DNA of 64,000 bases from Eubacteriales bacterium (GCA_045636365.1 JAZTXG010000031.1:6121-70120); one strand, 5' to 3'; shown: positions 25,542 through 33,963, counted from the stretch's first letter. Numbers and translations: made by a program. The notes: generated from the letters alone by a model not told the origin.

Positions 25542-26180
25542 ATGACCGAAAAGAAGTATTTTGTTCCCGCCGGCGATTGCCGAACGGAATTTATAGAGCG
25601 AAAAAGCCGATTTATAACCAGCATAGCCCGCGTGGAGTCGGTGGAAGAAGCGGACGCCTTTTTGAATAAGATCCGCGCCGAATTCCCCGATGCCACCCAT
25701 AACTGCGCGGCATACCGCATCAAGACCCCGCTGGTGGAGCGGTTTTTCGATGATGGCGAGCCGGGCGGAACGGCGGGGATGCCGATGCTGGATGTACTCA
25801 AAAAGCAGGAACTGTTTGATGTGGCGGTGGTGGTCACCCGCTACTTCGGCGGTATTCTTTTGGGCGCGGGCGGCTTGGTGCGCGCCTATTCCAAGGGCGC
25901 AGCCGATGGGGTCAAGGAAGCAGGGCTGGCGCTGATGGAGCAAGGGGTGCGGCTGAAGCTTCGCTGCAGCTATTCCCTGTATGAGCGGGTGCAGCGGATG
26001 CCCCAGCTGCAAAATGCCGAAATTCTATCTACCGAATTTGGTGCGGAGATTGAAATGGAACTGATGCTGCGGGCGTCGGAAGAGCAAGGGCTGGCGCAGG
26101 CCTTGGCGGATCTTTCGGCAGGCACCGCCACTTTAACCGCGCTGGAGCGGATGTTTTATCCTTTCAAAACAAATTGTTAA
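25542..26180 (+). CDS. yigZ: YigZ/IMPACT-family protein (UPF0029)
   Basis: Has KSRFITSIARVES...PDATHNCAAYRI and GEPGGTAG motifs. The ATG at 25542 has better RBS spacing than the track start at 25536. Confidence 0.8.
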   Translation: MTEKKYFVPAGDCRTEFIERKSRFITSIARVESVEEADAFLNKIRAEFPDATHNCAAYRIKTPLVERFFDDGEPGGTAGMPMLDVLKKQELFDVAVVVTRYFGGILLGAGGLVRAYSKGAADGVKEAGLALMEQGVRLKLRCSYSLYERVQRMPQLQNAEILSTEFGAEIEMELMLRASEEQGLAQALADLSAGTATLTALERMFYPFKTNC

Positions 26181-26251
26181 CAATTTCTTCACTTATTTCT
26201 TGCTAAAAATCGGTATACTATAGGTGAAATACATATCAACGAGGTATAAAA

Positions 26252-26935
26252 ATGAGCAGGATCTTAGTTGTAGACGACGAACAGAATATTTGCGAACTGC
26301 TGACCCTTTATTTGGTCAAGGAAGGGCATACCGCCGAAACTGCGGTAGATGGGGAAGAGGCGCTGCGGAAATTCCAGACCTTTGGCCCCGACCTGATCCT
26401 GCTGGATGTTATGCTGCCCAAAAAGGATGGATGGCAGGTCTGCCGCGAGATTCGGCAGAGTTCCAATGTGCCTATTATTATGATCTCCGCTAAGGGCGAG
26501 ACCTTCGATAAGGTCTTGGGCTTGGAGCTGGGCGCGGATGATTATATCACCAAACCCTTCGATTCCAAAGAAGTGATGGCGCGGATCAAGACGGTGCTGC
26601 GCCGCGTGGGCTCGGTGGCAGAAGAAAGCCGCCAGGAAGTGGAATATCCCGACCTTTTCGTTTCGCTCACCAATTATAAATTGGTGGTGGCGGGAAAGCA
26701 GGTGGATGCACCGCCCAAGGAGATCGAGCTGCTTTATCATCTGGCGAAAAATCCCAATCGGGTGTTCACCCGCGACCAACTGCTGGATGAGATCTGGGGC
26801 TTTAAATATTTCGGCGATTCCCGCACCGTAGACGTCCATATCAAGCGGATCCGCGAAAAGCTGGAGGGCGCTTCCGACCGCTGGAAGATCCAGACGGTCT
26901 GGGGCATCGGCTATAAATTTGAAACGGTGGACTAA
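26252..26935 (+). CDS. OmpR/PhoB-family response regulator
   Basis: Receiver domain (ILVVDDE..DLILLDVMLP..K) plus a winged-helix output domain (LTNYKL...TVWGIGYKF). Confidence 0.9.
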   Translation: MSRILVVDDEQNICELLTLYLVKEGHTAETAVDGEEALRKFQTFGPDLILLDVMLPKKDGWQVCREIRQSSNVPIIMISAKGETFDKVLGLELGADDYITKPFDSKEVMARIKTVLRRVGSVAEESRQEVEYPDLFVSLTNYKLVVAGKQVDAPPKEIELLYHLAKNPNRVFTRDQLLDEIWGFKYFGDSRTVDVHIKRIREKLEGASDRWKIQTVWGIGYKFETVD

Positions 26936-26938
26936 CCT

Positions 26939-28357
26939 GTGCATAAACGAATTTTTCTGCGTTATTTTAATGTATGCGCTCTGATCATATTCCTGACAGT
27001 GTTTACCTTGAGCGCGGTGACCTCGGTTGCCTTTGCCTATCGCAATATCCGCGAGCAGGATCGGAATATGGAAAAGGCAGCGCAAAAGATTGCATCGATG
27101 CTGGAAGAGGTTCCGGAAAACTATAGTTTCTTTGTCGGATCCATAATGGAAGGTTCTATCGAAACAGTCAAAGAGACCATCGATTGCGATGTTCTGATCG
27201 TGAATCGAAGCGGAACCTTAGTTCAAAGTACGCTGCAAAGCGGCGCGACCGTTTCGTTGCCCAAAGAGGCGGTGGATGCGGTTTTGAGCGGGGAGTCCTA
27301 TCATCGGCAAAGGGTATTTATCCGCGAGCAGGGCAATGCTTATACTGTTGGTGCCCCGATCTACAGCGATCGTCAGGTCGTCGGCGGGGTGTTTGTCACC
27401 GCCCGTCAGCTGCGGATCGGCTCGGAATTTGGCGGTATTCTGCCCAGCTTTCTTCTCTGGGGAATTCTTATATTAATTTTGGCGGTAGTGATCCTTTATT
27501 TTGTCACCAAGCAGATCACCCGCCCGCTTTATGAGATGGCGATTGCCGCCCGCTCCTATTCCAAGGGCGATTTTTCCCGCAGGATCAGTGTTGCGCCGGA
27601 AGGCGAGCTGGGAGCCTTGGCCTTTACATTTAATCAAATGGCGGAAAATCTGGACCGCTTAGAGGCCACTCGCCGCGAGTTCATCGCCGATGTTTCCCAC
27701 GAATTGCGTACCCCGATGACCACCATCGGCGGATTCATCGACGGGATTTTAGACGGCACCATCCCGCCGGAAGCGGAGCAGAAATATCTGCTTTTGGTTT
27801 CGGAAGAAGTGAAGCGATTATCCCGTATGGTGAATAATCTTCTGGATGTGGCAAAGATCCAATCGGGCGAGATTACTTATCAGATGGAGCCCTTCGATCT
27901 GACCGAGCTTGCCTACCGCGTGATGCTGACGATGGAAGATCGCATCGCGGAGCGTGGCATCGAGCTGACCCACGCGCTGCCCGAAGAATCGGTCTATGTT
28001 CTGGGGGACCACGATGCCATCCATCGTGTCATCTATAATTTGATGGATAACGCGGTGAAATTCACCGCCGAGCAAGGGAAGATCCATCTGGGCATCTTCC
28101 GCCGCGGAAATAAGGTCTTTTTCGCTGTCCGCAATAGCGGCGCGGGCATCCCCGAAAAAGAAGTCGGAAAGATCTTTGAACGTTTTTATAAAACCGATAA
28201 AAGCCGCGGCGAAAACCGCAAAGGTGTTGGTCTGGGGCTTTATATGGTCAAAAATATTATTGAAGCCCACGGCGAAGATCTTTTTGTTTCGTCGGAGGAA
28301 GGCGTTTTCGCCGAATTTTCCTTCTCCTTGAAGGAAGTCAAAGAAATTGGAGAATAA
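26939..28357 (+). CDS. sensor histidine kinase (two TM helices, HAMP, HisKA, HATPase_c)
   Basis: GTG start 3 nt after the regulator stop. Has the H-box FIADVSHELRTPMT, the N-box YNLMDNAVKF and G-boxes RNSGAGI / GVGLGLY. Confidence 0.9.
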   Translation: MHKRIFLRYFNVCALIIFLTVFTLSAVTSVAFAYRNIREQDRNMEKAAQKIASMLEEVPENYSFFVGSIMEGSIETVKETIDCDVLIVNRSGTLVQSTLQSGATVSLPKEAVDAVLSGESYHRQRVFIREQGNAYTVGAPIYSDRQVVGGVFVTARQLRIGSEFGGILPSFLLWGILILILAVVILYFVTKQITRPLYEMAIAARSYSKGDFSRRISVAPEGELGALAFTFNQMAENLDRLEATRREFIADVSHELRTPMTTIGGFIDGILDGTIPPEAEQKYLLLVSEEVKRLSRMVNNLLDVAKIQSGEITYQMEPFDLTELAYRVMLTMEDRIAERGIELTHALPEESVYVLGDHDAIHRVIYNLMDNAVKFTAEQGKIHLGIFRRGNKVFFAVRNSGAGIPEKEVGKIFERFYKTDKSRGENRKGVGLGLYMVKNIIEAHGEDLFVSSEEGVFAEFSFSLKEVKEIGE

Positions 28358-28359
28358 GT

Positions 28360-29703
28360 ATGCAAGAAAATCAAAACCCAACCCAACCGCAAGAGGAGAA
28401 CGCTCCGCGTACTGTGCAGGTTCCGCCTCTGCCCACTTATCGCTATAAGGCGGCTCCCTCGGAGCAACCATTCGCGCAGGGCGGCTATACCTATCAAAAC
28501 CCCAATCCCTATCAATCTACCTATTTTGCGCCGCCTCAGCCGAAGCCGAAGCGCAATCGCGGCCTGATCATAACCGCGGTGAGCGCGGCGGTCATTATGT
28601 TGATCTGTTGTACCGCGGTGGTAACGGCAATGTTGATGGACGCGAAAGGATATATGAAACCTTCGGAAGATTTTATGAATCCCTTTGGCGGCGAAGAAGA
28701 GTCTGCACCGAGCAACCAAACCTCCGGCGATGTGGATCGGGATGAAAATGCAATCTACGAGCTGCCCGATATGACCACCGAGCAAAAGAGCGGTGAAGAG
28801 CTTTCGCTGGTGGATATCAACAAAAAAGTGAAGAACAGCGTTGTCGCGGTATTGATCGCGGAAGGGGAGCAAGAGGCGGAATTTTCCGGCTCCGGCTTTA
28901 TCATCAGCGCGGATGGATATATTATTACCAATACCCATGTGGTGGAAGGCGCATCCTCCATCAAAATCGTGTTGCACGATGGGATCACCGAATATAAGGC
29001 GACCATCGTCGGCGCCGATGAGCGCTCCGATCTGGCGGTGCTGAAGGTGGATGCCAAGGATCTGTCGCCGGTGGATTTAGGAGATAGCGCGCTTCTGGAA
29101 GTGGGGGAGACGGTGGTCGCCATCGGCAACCCCTACGGAATGGAGCTGGCGGGAACGGTGACCAACGGGATTGTTTCTGCCCTCAACCGTAAGATCGAGA
29201 TGAACGGTTCTTATATGACCCTGATCCAGACCAACGCGTCCATCAACCCCGGCAACAGCGGCGGTCCGCTGGTCAATGCCTATGGGCAGGTGATCGGTAT
29301 TACCTCCTCCAAATTGGTCGCCAGCGGCTATGAGGGGATCGGCTTTGCCATTCCCATCAATGATGTTGTGGAGATCGCGGAAGAGCTGATTACCCACGGC
29401 AAGGTCAAGACCCGCGCCTATATCGGCATCAGCGGCAGAGATTTCACCGCGCAGGAAGCGGCGCAGTATCGGATGCCCCAAGGGGTCTTGGTGGCGGCGG
29501 TGGACCTCCATTGCGATGCGGCTGCCAAGGGTCTGCAAAAGAACGACATCATTGTCGGGTTCAACGGCGAGAAGATTATTTCGATGGCGGAACTCAATGA
29601 AAAGAAGGATGAATTCCATCCCGGCGATAAGGTGAAGATCACCTATTGGCGCAATAATAAGGAAACAACCGTCGAAATTTTGTTGACCGAAGCAAGTGAA
29701 TAA
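28360..29703 (+). CDS. htrA: HtrA/DegP-family serine protease with PDZ domain and membrane anchor
   Basis: Has a Pro/Gln-rich N-terminus, one TM helix, the catalytic triad context TNTHVV / DLAVLKV / GNSGGPL, and a C-terminal PDZ. Confidence 0.9.
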   Translation: MQENQNPTQPQEENAPRTVQVPPLPTYRYKAAPSEQPFAQGGYTYQNPNPYQSTYFAPPQPKPKRNRGLIITAVSAAVIMLICCTAVVTAMLMDAKGYMKPSEDFMNPFGGEEESAPSNQTSGDVDRDENAIYELPDMTTEQKSGEELSLVDINKKVKNSVVAVLIAEGEQEAEFSGSGFIISADGYIITNTHVVEGASSIKIVLHDGITEYKATIVGADERSDLAVLKVDAKDLSPVDLGDSALLEVGETVVAIGNPYGMELAGTVTNGIVSALNRKIEMNGSYMTLIQTNASINPGNSGGPLVNAYGQVIGITSSKLVASGYEGIGFAIPINDVVEIAEELITHGKVKTRAYIGISGRDFTAQEAAQYRMPQGVLVAAVDLHCDAAAKGLQKNDIIVGFNGEKIISMAELNEKKDEFHPGDKVKITYWRNNKETTVEILLTEASE

Positions 29704-29706
29704 AAA

Positions 29707-29729
29707 GAAAAGTCCCGTGCATATGAGTC
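29707..29729. repeat. left arm of an imperfect inverted repeat bracketing the AT-rich cassette
   Basis: gaaaagtCCCGTGCATATGagtc. The 12-nt core at 29714-29725 is the exact reverse complement of 31196-31207. Confidence 0.7.
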
Positions 29730-29746
29730 GTACTCTAAAGGATAGT

Positions 29747-29781
29747 AAAAAGCTGTGTAGAAATTTTCTACACAGCTTTTA
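29747..29781 (+). terminator. Rho-independent terminator downstream of htrA
   Basis: Stem agctgtgtagaaa / tttctacacagct followed by TTTT. Confidence 0.8.
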
Positions 29782-29954
29782 AATTTGTCTCATATCATAG
29801 CAAGCAGGGCATTTGGGTGCCCAAATATCACTTGTTAATTCTTACCTCTACATATACTTTTCTACGATCTTCCGTTGTCGTGTTCCCTTATTGACATTTA
29901 AACTACTATATGTTATCTTTTAATAGAAAAAGCCTTTTTTCAGGAGGAGATTTT

Positions 29955-31112
29955 GTGAAGAAGTTTTTACCTTTGTTGTTTTTATCTTTGTTATTAGTAT
30001 TAACATTGGTGCTTTCTTCGGCTTGTCAACCTTTTGATCAGGAACCGACCGCTACACAATCAATCGCCAAAGAAAATACGTATATATCATCAGACTGTAT
30101 ATATTCTAACGGCTATGGCAAGGTATATATGACAATGGAGTTAATTCCCGTTGACTCTAATGACTCCGGCGCACATTCGATGGCCGCCACAATGATTTTC
30201 GAAGATACAAATGGTAATAAAACGGTTGTAAAACGAATTTTCGGAGATAAGCCATTAATTGACTTATATATGAGAGGAAAAACCGTTTATTATTCGGTTG
30301 TTGCTTCTGAAAACGAAGAAGACGGTATATACTCGATAAAAGTTGACGGAACACAAGAAAAATGCTTATTGGATGAATACGCTTCACTTATTGGCGGATA
30401 CGGCGCAACTCCCATCATAAAATACGGAAACGGTTTATATAAGGTTGTTGACGGAAAAAAGGTTGAAATCGGCAGTTTGGCAGATAAAAACAGCGGAGTT
30501 ACGTTGTTCAACGGTAACTTGTATTTTGAAAACAAGGCATATACTTTTGATACAGGTCAAACAAATAAATTTACGATCAAAACTGCTGTGGCAACAAAAA
30601 AATATATGTACTATATCAGTGGTGAAGATAAGCTGGTTATGTATGATAAGCAAAATACCAAAACCGATCTTGCCAAAAACGTTTACGATGTTCTTGGTGG
30701 AAACAATAACAAAAACATCGTTTTTGCCAAGAAGAATTCTAAGGGGGAAACAACGTTTTACCGTTCATCAAGCACTAATAAGCTTTATAAACTTGCAACC
30801 TATACCGATTTCTATAATAAAGCCCCCACATATATGGATTTTAATAACGAGTATTATCGGGGTAATATGGCGGCAAGGTTTGTAAACGGTCAGGTAGTGT
30901 TTTTGCTTAACGAACAAAATGAAGCGGCATTTTTCCAAGTGAAAAATATCGGCGGTTCATTAAGCCTTATTAAAGATGGCGATATGATGTTCTTTAATAC
31001 AACGATAGGATTTAACAGACCTTCTTTTGAAGCTGTTGGTAAAAACATTTATTATGCATATGGTGATAGCGAAGGCGAAACCATATTCTATCAAACCATA
31101 AAAATAGAATAA
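29955..31112 (+). CDS. hypothetical lipoprotein, DUF5050-like beta-propeller repeats
   Basis: GTG at 29955 follows the RBS aggagga. Has signal peptide/lipobox LVLSSAC. Repeated motifs of the (I/V)YY...G.IY..K.DG type occur (KTVYYSVV..DGIYSIKVDGTQ, KYMYYISGEDKLVMYD, KNIYYAYGD). Confidence 0.6.
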   Translation: MKKFLPLLFLSLLLVLTLVLSSACQPFDQEPTATQSIAKENTYISSDCIYSNGYGKVYMTMELIPVDSNDSGAHSMAATMIFEDTNGNKTVVKRIFGDKPLIDLYMRGKTVYYSVVASENEEDGIYSIKVDGTQEKCLLDEYASLIGGYGATPIIKYGNGLYKVVDGKKVEIGSLADKNSGVTLFNGNLYFENKAYTFDTGQTNKFTIKTAVATKKYMYYISGEDKLVMYDKQNTKTDLAKNVYDVLGGNNNKNIVFAKKNSKGETTFYRSSSTNKLYKLATYTDFYNKAPTYMDFNNEYYRGNMAARFVNGQVVFLLNEQNEAAFFQVKNIGGSLSLIKDGDMMFFNTTIGFNRPSFEAVGKNIYYAYGDSEGETIFYQTIKIE

Positions 31113-31116
31113 AATA

Positions 31117-31149
31117 AAAAAACAGACGGTAAAAACCGTCTGTTTTTTG
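31117..31149 (+). terminator. Rho-independent terminator after the cassette lipoprotein gene
   Basis: Stem aacagacggt / accgtctgtt followed by T6. Confidence 0.85.
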
Positions 31150-31191
31150 CTTTATCAATCATTTAAAATACAAAAAACTGTGCTTATGGGG

Positions 31192-31215
31192 ACCCATATG
31201 CACGGGGGTTTTTCG
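31192..31215. repeat. right arm of the imperfect inverted repeat bracketing the AT-rich cassette
   Basis: gacCCATATGCACGGGggtttttc. Its reverse complement gaaaaacccccgtgcatatgggtc matches the left arm at about 20 of 23 positions with one indel. Confidence 0.7.
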
Positions 31216-31269
31216 TCAGTCTGATCGATTTTTGGCGGTATGGTGCTTAATTTTCGGCAAAATTTTCCC

Positions 31270-31298
31270 TTGTCGGAATAAAAAGATTGTGCTAGAAT
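31270..31298 (+). promoter_or_regulatory. putative sigma-A promoter (extended -10) of the EIIC_2 gene
   Basis: TTGTCG at 31270-31275, 17-nt spacer, TGcTAGAAT ending at 31298. Confidence 0.5.
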
Positions 31299-31329
31299 GA
31301 TGTCAAATAAAAAATAGAAGGTGAGTTAT

Positions 31330-32391
31330 ATGAGCAAATTCAAGGCTTTTTTGCAAAGAAAAGATATTGAGTTTTCGTGGAAACGCTATTTCATTGATGC
31401 GCTCGGCGCGATGGCGCAGGGACTTTTCTGCTCCCTGCTGATCGGTACAATTATCGATACGGTCGGTGATCTTTTAATCTCTTCCGGCGCGGCGACCGCA
31501 GGTTCTTTTTTGGTCGAACTTGGAAAATATGCTTCGGCGATGTCCGGCCCCGCGATGGCGGTGGCGATCGGCTATGCGCTGAAAGCGCCCAATTTGGTGC
31601 TCTTTTCCTTAGCCGCTGTGGGTAGCGCTGCCAATGGTTTTGGCGGCGCGGGCGGTCCTTTGGCGGTGTTGGTCATCGCAGTTCTGGCCGCAGAATGCGG
31701 TAAAATGGTCTCCAAAGAAACCAAGGTGGATATTTTGGTCACTCCTTCGGTGACGATTTTGGTGGGCGTCAGCCTTTCGGCATGGATCGCCCCTTGGATC
31801 GGCAAAGGCGCTTTTGCCTTCGGTGAATTGATTAAGCAAGCTACCGAACTGCAACCGTTCTTGATGGGCATTGTTGTATCGGTGTTGGTGGGTATTGCGC
31901 TGACCTTGCCCATCTCCAGCGCTGCCATCTGCGCGGCGCTGAGCCTGACCGGCTTGGCGGGCGGCGCCGCTGTGGCGGGTTGCTGCGCCCAGATGGTGGG
32001 CTTCGCTGTGATGAGCTTTAAGGAAAACCGCTGGGGCGGTTTGGTATCGCAGGGCATCGGCACCTCGATGCTGCAGATGGGCAATATCGTCCGCAATCCG
32101 CGGATCTGGATCCCGCCCATTGTCGCCTCGGCGATCACAGGGCCTTTGGCGACCTGCCTTTTCAAATTGGAAATGAACGGAGCGCCTGTTTCCTCCGGTA
32201 TGGGTACCTGCGGTCTGGTGGGTCAGATCGGTGTCTATACCGGCTGGGTGGAAACCGGCCATGCAATTACCGCTATGGATTGGATCGGTTTGGTGTTGAT
32301 CTGCTTTGTTCTCCCTGCCATCCTTTGCTGGCTGGGCGGGCTGCTTTTGCGCCGCATCGGCTGGATCAAGGAGAACGATCTCAAACTGTAA
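31330..32391 (+). CDS. polytopic membrane protein, PTS EIIC_2-family-like (orphan)
   Basis: About 353 aa, Gly/Ala-rich, roughly 10 TM helices. The N-terminus KRYFIDALGAMAQGLFCSLLIGTI resembles proteins annotated as PTS transporter subunit IIC (PF13303), from my memory only. ATG at 31330 follows the RBS gaaggtgag. Confidence 0.55.
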   Translation: MSKFKAFLQRKDIEFSWKRYFIDALGAMAQGLFCSLLIGTIIDTVGDLLISSGAATAGSFLVELGKYASAMSGPAMAVAIGYALKAPNLVLFSLAAVGSAANGFGGAGGPLAVLVIAVLAAECGKMVSKETKVDILVTPSVTILVGVSLSAWIAPWIGKGAFAFGELIKQATELQPFLMGIVVSVLVGIALTLPISSAAICAALSLTGLAGGAAVAGCCAQMVGFAVMSFKENRWGGLVSQGIGTSMLQMGNIVRNPRIWIPPIVASAITGPLATCLFKLEMNGAPVSSGMGTCGLVGQIGVYTGWVETGHAITAMDWIGLVLICFVLPAILCWLGGLLLRRIGWIKENDLKL

Positions 32392-32409
32392 AAACCGCAT
32401 AAATTCGAG

Positions 32410-32444
32410 AAAAATGAGCTTTCAAACGAAAGCTCATTTTTTTG
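32410..32444 (+). terminator. Rho-independent terminator after the EIIC_2 gene
   Basis: Stem atgagctttc / gaaagctcat followed by T7. Confidence 0.85.
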
Positions 32445-32475
32445 TTGATTTTTTGAAAAAATATACAAAAACCTA

Positions 32476-32503
32476 TTGATTTTTTCTAAATAAATGGTAT
32501 AAT
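32476..32503 (+). promoter_or_regulatory. putative Pmra promoter of the dcw cluster (extended -10)
   Basis: TTGATT at 32476-32481, 16-nt spacer, TGgTATAAT ending at 32503. Confidence 0.6.
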
Positions 32504-32510
32504 TTAATTC

Positions 32511-32554
32511 AAGTGGAGTGTAAATGGGTGCTAAGTGTACACTAAGTGGGTGAT
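32511..32554 (+). promoter_or_regulatory. array of four 11-bp-periodic MraZ-box-like direct repeats
   Basis: aagtggagtgt / aaatgggtgct / aagtgtacact / aagtgggtgat, starting 8 nt after the -10 and ending 22 nt before the mraZ ATG. Confidence 0.65.
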
Positions 32555-32575
32555 TTTTCGAAAGGAGGTGCACGC

Positions 32576-33001
32576 ATGTCTTACTTAACCGGTTTTTATG
32601 AAAACTTTGTGGATGAAAAGGGCCGCGTTATTATGCCGAAGAAGCTCAAGGAGCAGATGGGCAGCGAGCTGGTTTTTACCAGAGGCCTCGATGATTGCGT
32701 GTATGTCCTGACCAGAGAGGCTTGGGTCGCTTTGGAAGAAAAGCTCGCCAAGCTCCCCATTTCCAAGGGTCGCGGTGTCAGCCACTTTTTCAATACCTAT
32801 AAATCCGATGTCACCGCCGATAAGCAGGGAAGAATTCAGCTTCCCATCGCCCTGCGCCGCATCGCCGAGATCGAAGGCAACGCGGTCATCGTGGGCAACG
32901 GCAACCGTGTGGAGATCTGGAACCCTGATCGCTTTGCTGCGATGGAGCAAGCTTTGGATACTGAAAGCATCGTTGCTGCTATGGATGAGCTGGATTTCTG
33001 A
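32576..33001 (+). CDS. mraZ: division/cell wall cluster transcriptional regulator MraZ
   Basis: ATG at 32576 follows the RBS aaaggagg. Has two SpoVT-AbrB-like halves with DEKGRVIMP and DKQGRIQLP. First gene of the dcw cluster. Confidence 0.9.
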   Translation: MSYLTGFYENFVDEKGRVIMPKKLKEQMGSELVFTRGLDDCVYVLTREAWVALEEKLAKLPISKGRGVSHFFNTYKSDVTADKQGRIQLPIALRRIAEIEGNAVIVGNGNRVEIWNPDRFAAMEQALDTESIVAAMDELDF

Positions 33002-33936
33002 TGAAAGAATTTGAACATTATAGTGTGATGGCGAAGGAGTGCATCGATGCTCTGGCGATCCGCCCCGATGGAATCTATGTGGATGCCACCTTGGGCGGCG
33101 GTGGGCATAGCTCCTTGATCGCCGCAAAATTGGACCAAGGATTGCTGATCGGCATCGATCAGGATCGCGATGCGCTGAAAGCGGCAAGCCAAAGGCTGGC
33201 TCCCTTCGGGGAACGCTTTAGAGCGGTCAAATCCAATTTTTCCGCTTTAAAAGATGTATTAAATAAGGAAGAGATTCCCGCAATCGACGGAATCATCTTC
33301 GATCTGGGTGTCTCCAGCTTCCAGCTGGATGAAGAGAGTCGCGGTTTTTCCTATCGCTTTGATGCGCCGCTGGATATGCGGATGGATCGCGATAACCCTT
33401 TAGATGCCTATCAGGTGGTCAACACCTATTCCAAAGAGCAACTGACAAAGATTTTATATGAATACGGCGAAGAGCGTATGAGCCCCCGCATTGCCGCAGC
33501 CATCTGCAAGCAGCGGGAGATTGCCCCGATCGAGACCACCGGTCAACTGGTGAAGATCATCGAAAAGGTGTTCCCGCCCAAGGAGCGCTATGGCAATAAG
33601 CATCCCGCCAAACGCACCTTTCAAGCGATCCGCATCGAAGTCAACGGCGAGCTTCGGATTTTGGAGCAGGCCTTAAGAGATGCGGTGTCGATGCTGAAAA
33701 GCGGCGGCAGAATCGCTGTTATGACCTTCCATTCGCTGGAAGACCGCATTGCTAAAAATGTATTTGCAGACCTTGCCTCGGGATGTGTCTGCGATAAAAA
33801 CCTTCCGATCTGCGTCTGCGGCAGAAAGCCGATCATCAAGCAGATCACCCATAAACCGATCACAGCCACCCCGCAGGAGCTTGCCGAAAATTCCCGCTCC
33901 AAGCCGGCAAAACTGCGTGTAGGGGAAAAACGATAA
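33001..33936 (+). CDS. rsmH: 16S rRNA (cytosine1402-N4)-methyltransferase
   Basis: Has the HYSVM, DATLGGGGHS, DLGVSSFQLD and FHSLEDR motifs. Confidence 0.95.
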   Translation: MKEFEHYSVMAKECIDALAIRPDGIYVDATLGGGGHSSLIAAKLDQGLLIGIDQDRDALKAASQRLAPFGERFRAVKSNFSALKDVLNKEEIPAIDGIIFDLGVSSFQLDEESRGFSYRFDAPLDMRMDRDNPLDAYQVVNTYSKEQLTKILYEYGEERMSPRIAAAICKQREIAPIETTGQLVKIIEKVFPPKERYGNKHPAKRTFQAIRIEVNGELRILEQALRDAVSMLKSGGRIAVMTFHSLEDRIAKNVFADLASGCVCDKNLPICVCGRKPIIKQITHKPITATPQELAENSRSKPAKLRVGEKR

Positions 33937-33963
33937 AGAAGTATTAAAGTAAAGGAGAACCTC

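Larger units (their letters stand above)
29704..31215. other. AT-rich single-gene cassette (probable horizontally acquired segment)
   Basis: Three 60-nt lines I counted inside it give 30-45% G+C, against 68% in a line from neighbouring htrA. The gene uses TTA/ATA/AAA codons freely. No long codon-aligned antisense ORF exists here, unlike every native gene in the window. Confidence 0.55.

Noticed and set aside
26181-26251. TTGCTA ... TATACT upstream of the response regulator as a promoter.
   Set aside because: The spacer is only about 8 nt, which is incompatible with a sigma-A promoter. No alternative could be supported.
31181-31215. The right inverted-repeat arm could be just a local terminator hairpin (gtgcttatgggg / acccatatgcac followed by gggggttttt).
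   Set aside because: Not fully rejected. The lipoprotein gene already has a much better terminator at 31117-31149, and the 12-nt core matches 29714-25 exactly in inverted orientation, so I kept the inverted-repeat interpretation. This alternative is flagged in the finding.
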